DNA of 60,762 nucleotides, filler included, from Perkinsus olseni (Eukaryota): NCBI GenBank assembly GCA_013115125.1. It is 3 parts of 3 records of this genome, joined end to end, with 100 filler letters (N's around TTAATTAATTAA, not from the genome) between each part and the next. Parts side by side here need not be neighbours in the genome. Positions count along the whole stretch, not along the records: positions 40,619 to 60,762 come from JABANN010000584.1; 2 more parts are not named here. One strand, 5' to 3'. Shown piece by piece: positions 60,564 to 60,762 of this stretch (position 1 is its first letter; each line of letters starts with the position of its first letter). The notes under the pieces were generated by a model. It saw only the letters and a program-made list of their open reading frames with translations, ran no database searches and was not told where the DNA came from. The position numbers and the translations under genes were made by a program.

Positions 60564-60762
60564 TACTCAATAACAGTTTAGAGTGCCCCTCAGAGCTGTG
60601 CTGCTCCTCCTCCTGCTTTCCTCTCTGTCTTCCGTTCCTCTCACAAACCTCGTCTTGAGTTATCATCCGACTGTAGTCAGGTAGTACTCCCACCACCAAT
60701 GCCTCCCACTTCCACTTCCGCTATTGACATCGACAGGCTCATCTTACAGGCTGCTGAAGTCT
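60564..60762 (-). repeat. Interspersed repeat end, copy 2, truncated by window end
   Basis: Inverted, about 96% identical copy of 40619..40817. Confidence 0.92.

Noticed and set aside
1-60762. Spliced-leader (ACCGTAGCCATYTTGGCTCAAG-type) gene or relic
   Set aside because: No convincing match seen by eye on either strand.

Overview
Eukaryotic, gene-dense DNA with many short (about 40-80 nt) GT-AG introns, most consistent with an alveolate of the Perkinsus type (inferred from intron size and protein content, not verified). The window is three contigs joined by N-gaps carrying a TTAATTAATTAA linker. Recognisable genes: an intronless secreted 4x-repeat protein, an IP3/ryanodine-receptor-type Ca2+ channel, FAM32A, DNA polymerase epsilon catalytic subunit, a CAMK/CDPK-like kinase, a large Sfi1-like centrin-binding repeat protein, a CxxHGGG zinc-finger protein, an exostosin/GT47 glycosyltransferase, a calpain-7/PalB-like protease, a 4E-T-like protein, MKT1 and signal peptidase subunit SPC22/SPCS3. 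Two intact tRNA genes (Leu-UAG, Arg-UCU) sit inside introns. The most unusual features are non-coding: (1) about a dozen orphan tRNA 3'-half/B-box elements with tRNA-like spacing, mostly in tiny introns; (2) several highly over-represented dispersed motifs (TAATTTCGTGGCGCGCGAC about 20x, TCAACCTAAGAT 10x or more, GCGGAGCGAAGC 10x exact, and an ATCGATCACGTGATCGAT palindrome just after splice donors); (3) a 188-bp hAT-like MITE. Exon boundaries and motif counts were read by eye, so multi-exon gene spans and counts are approximate.
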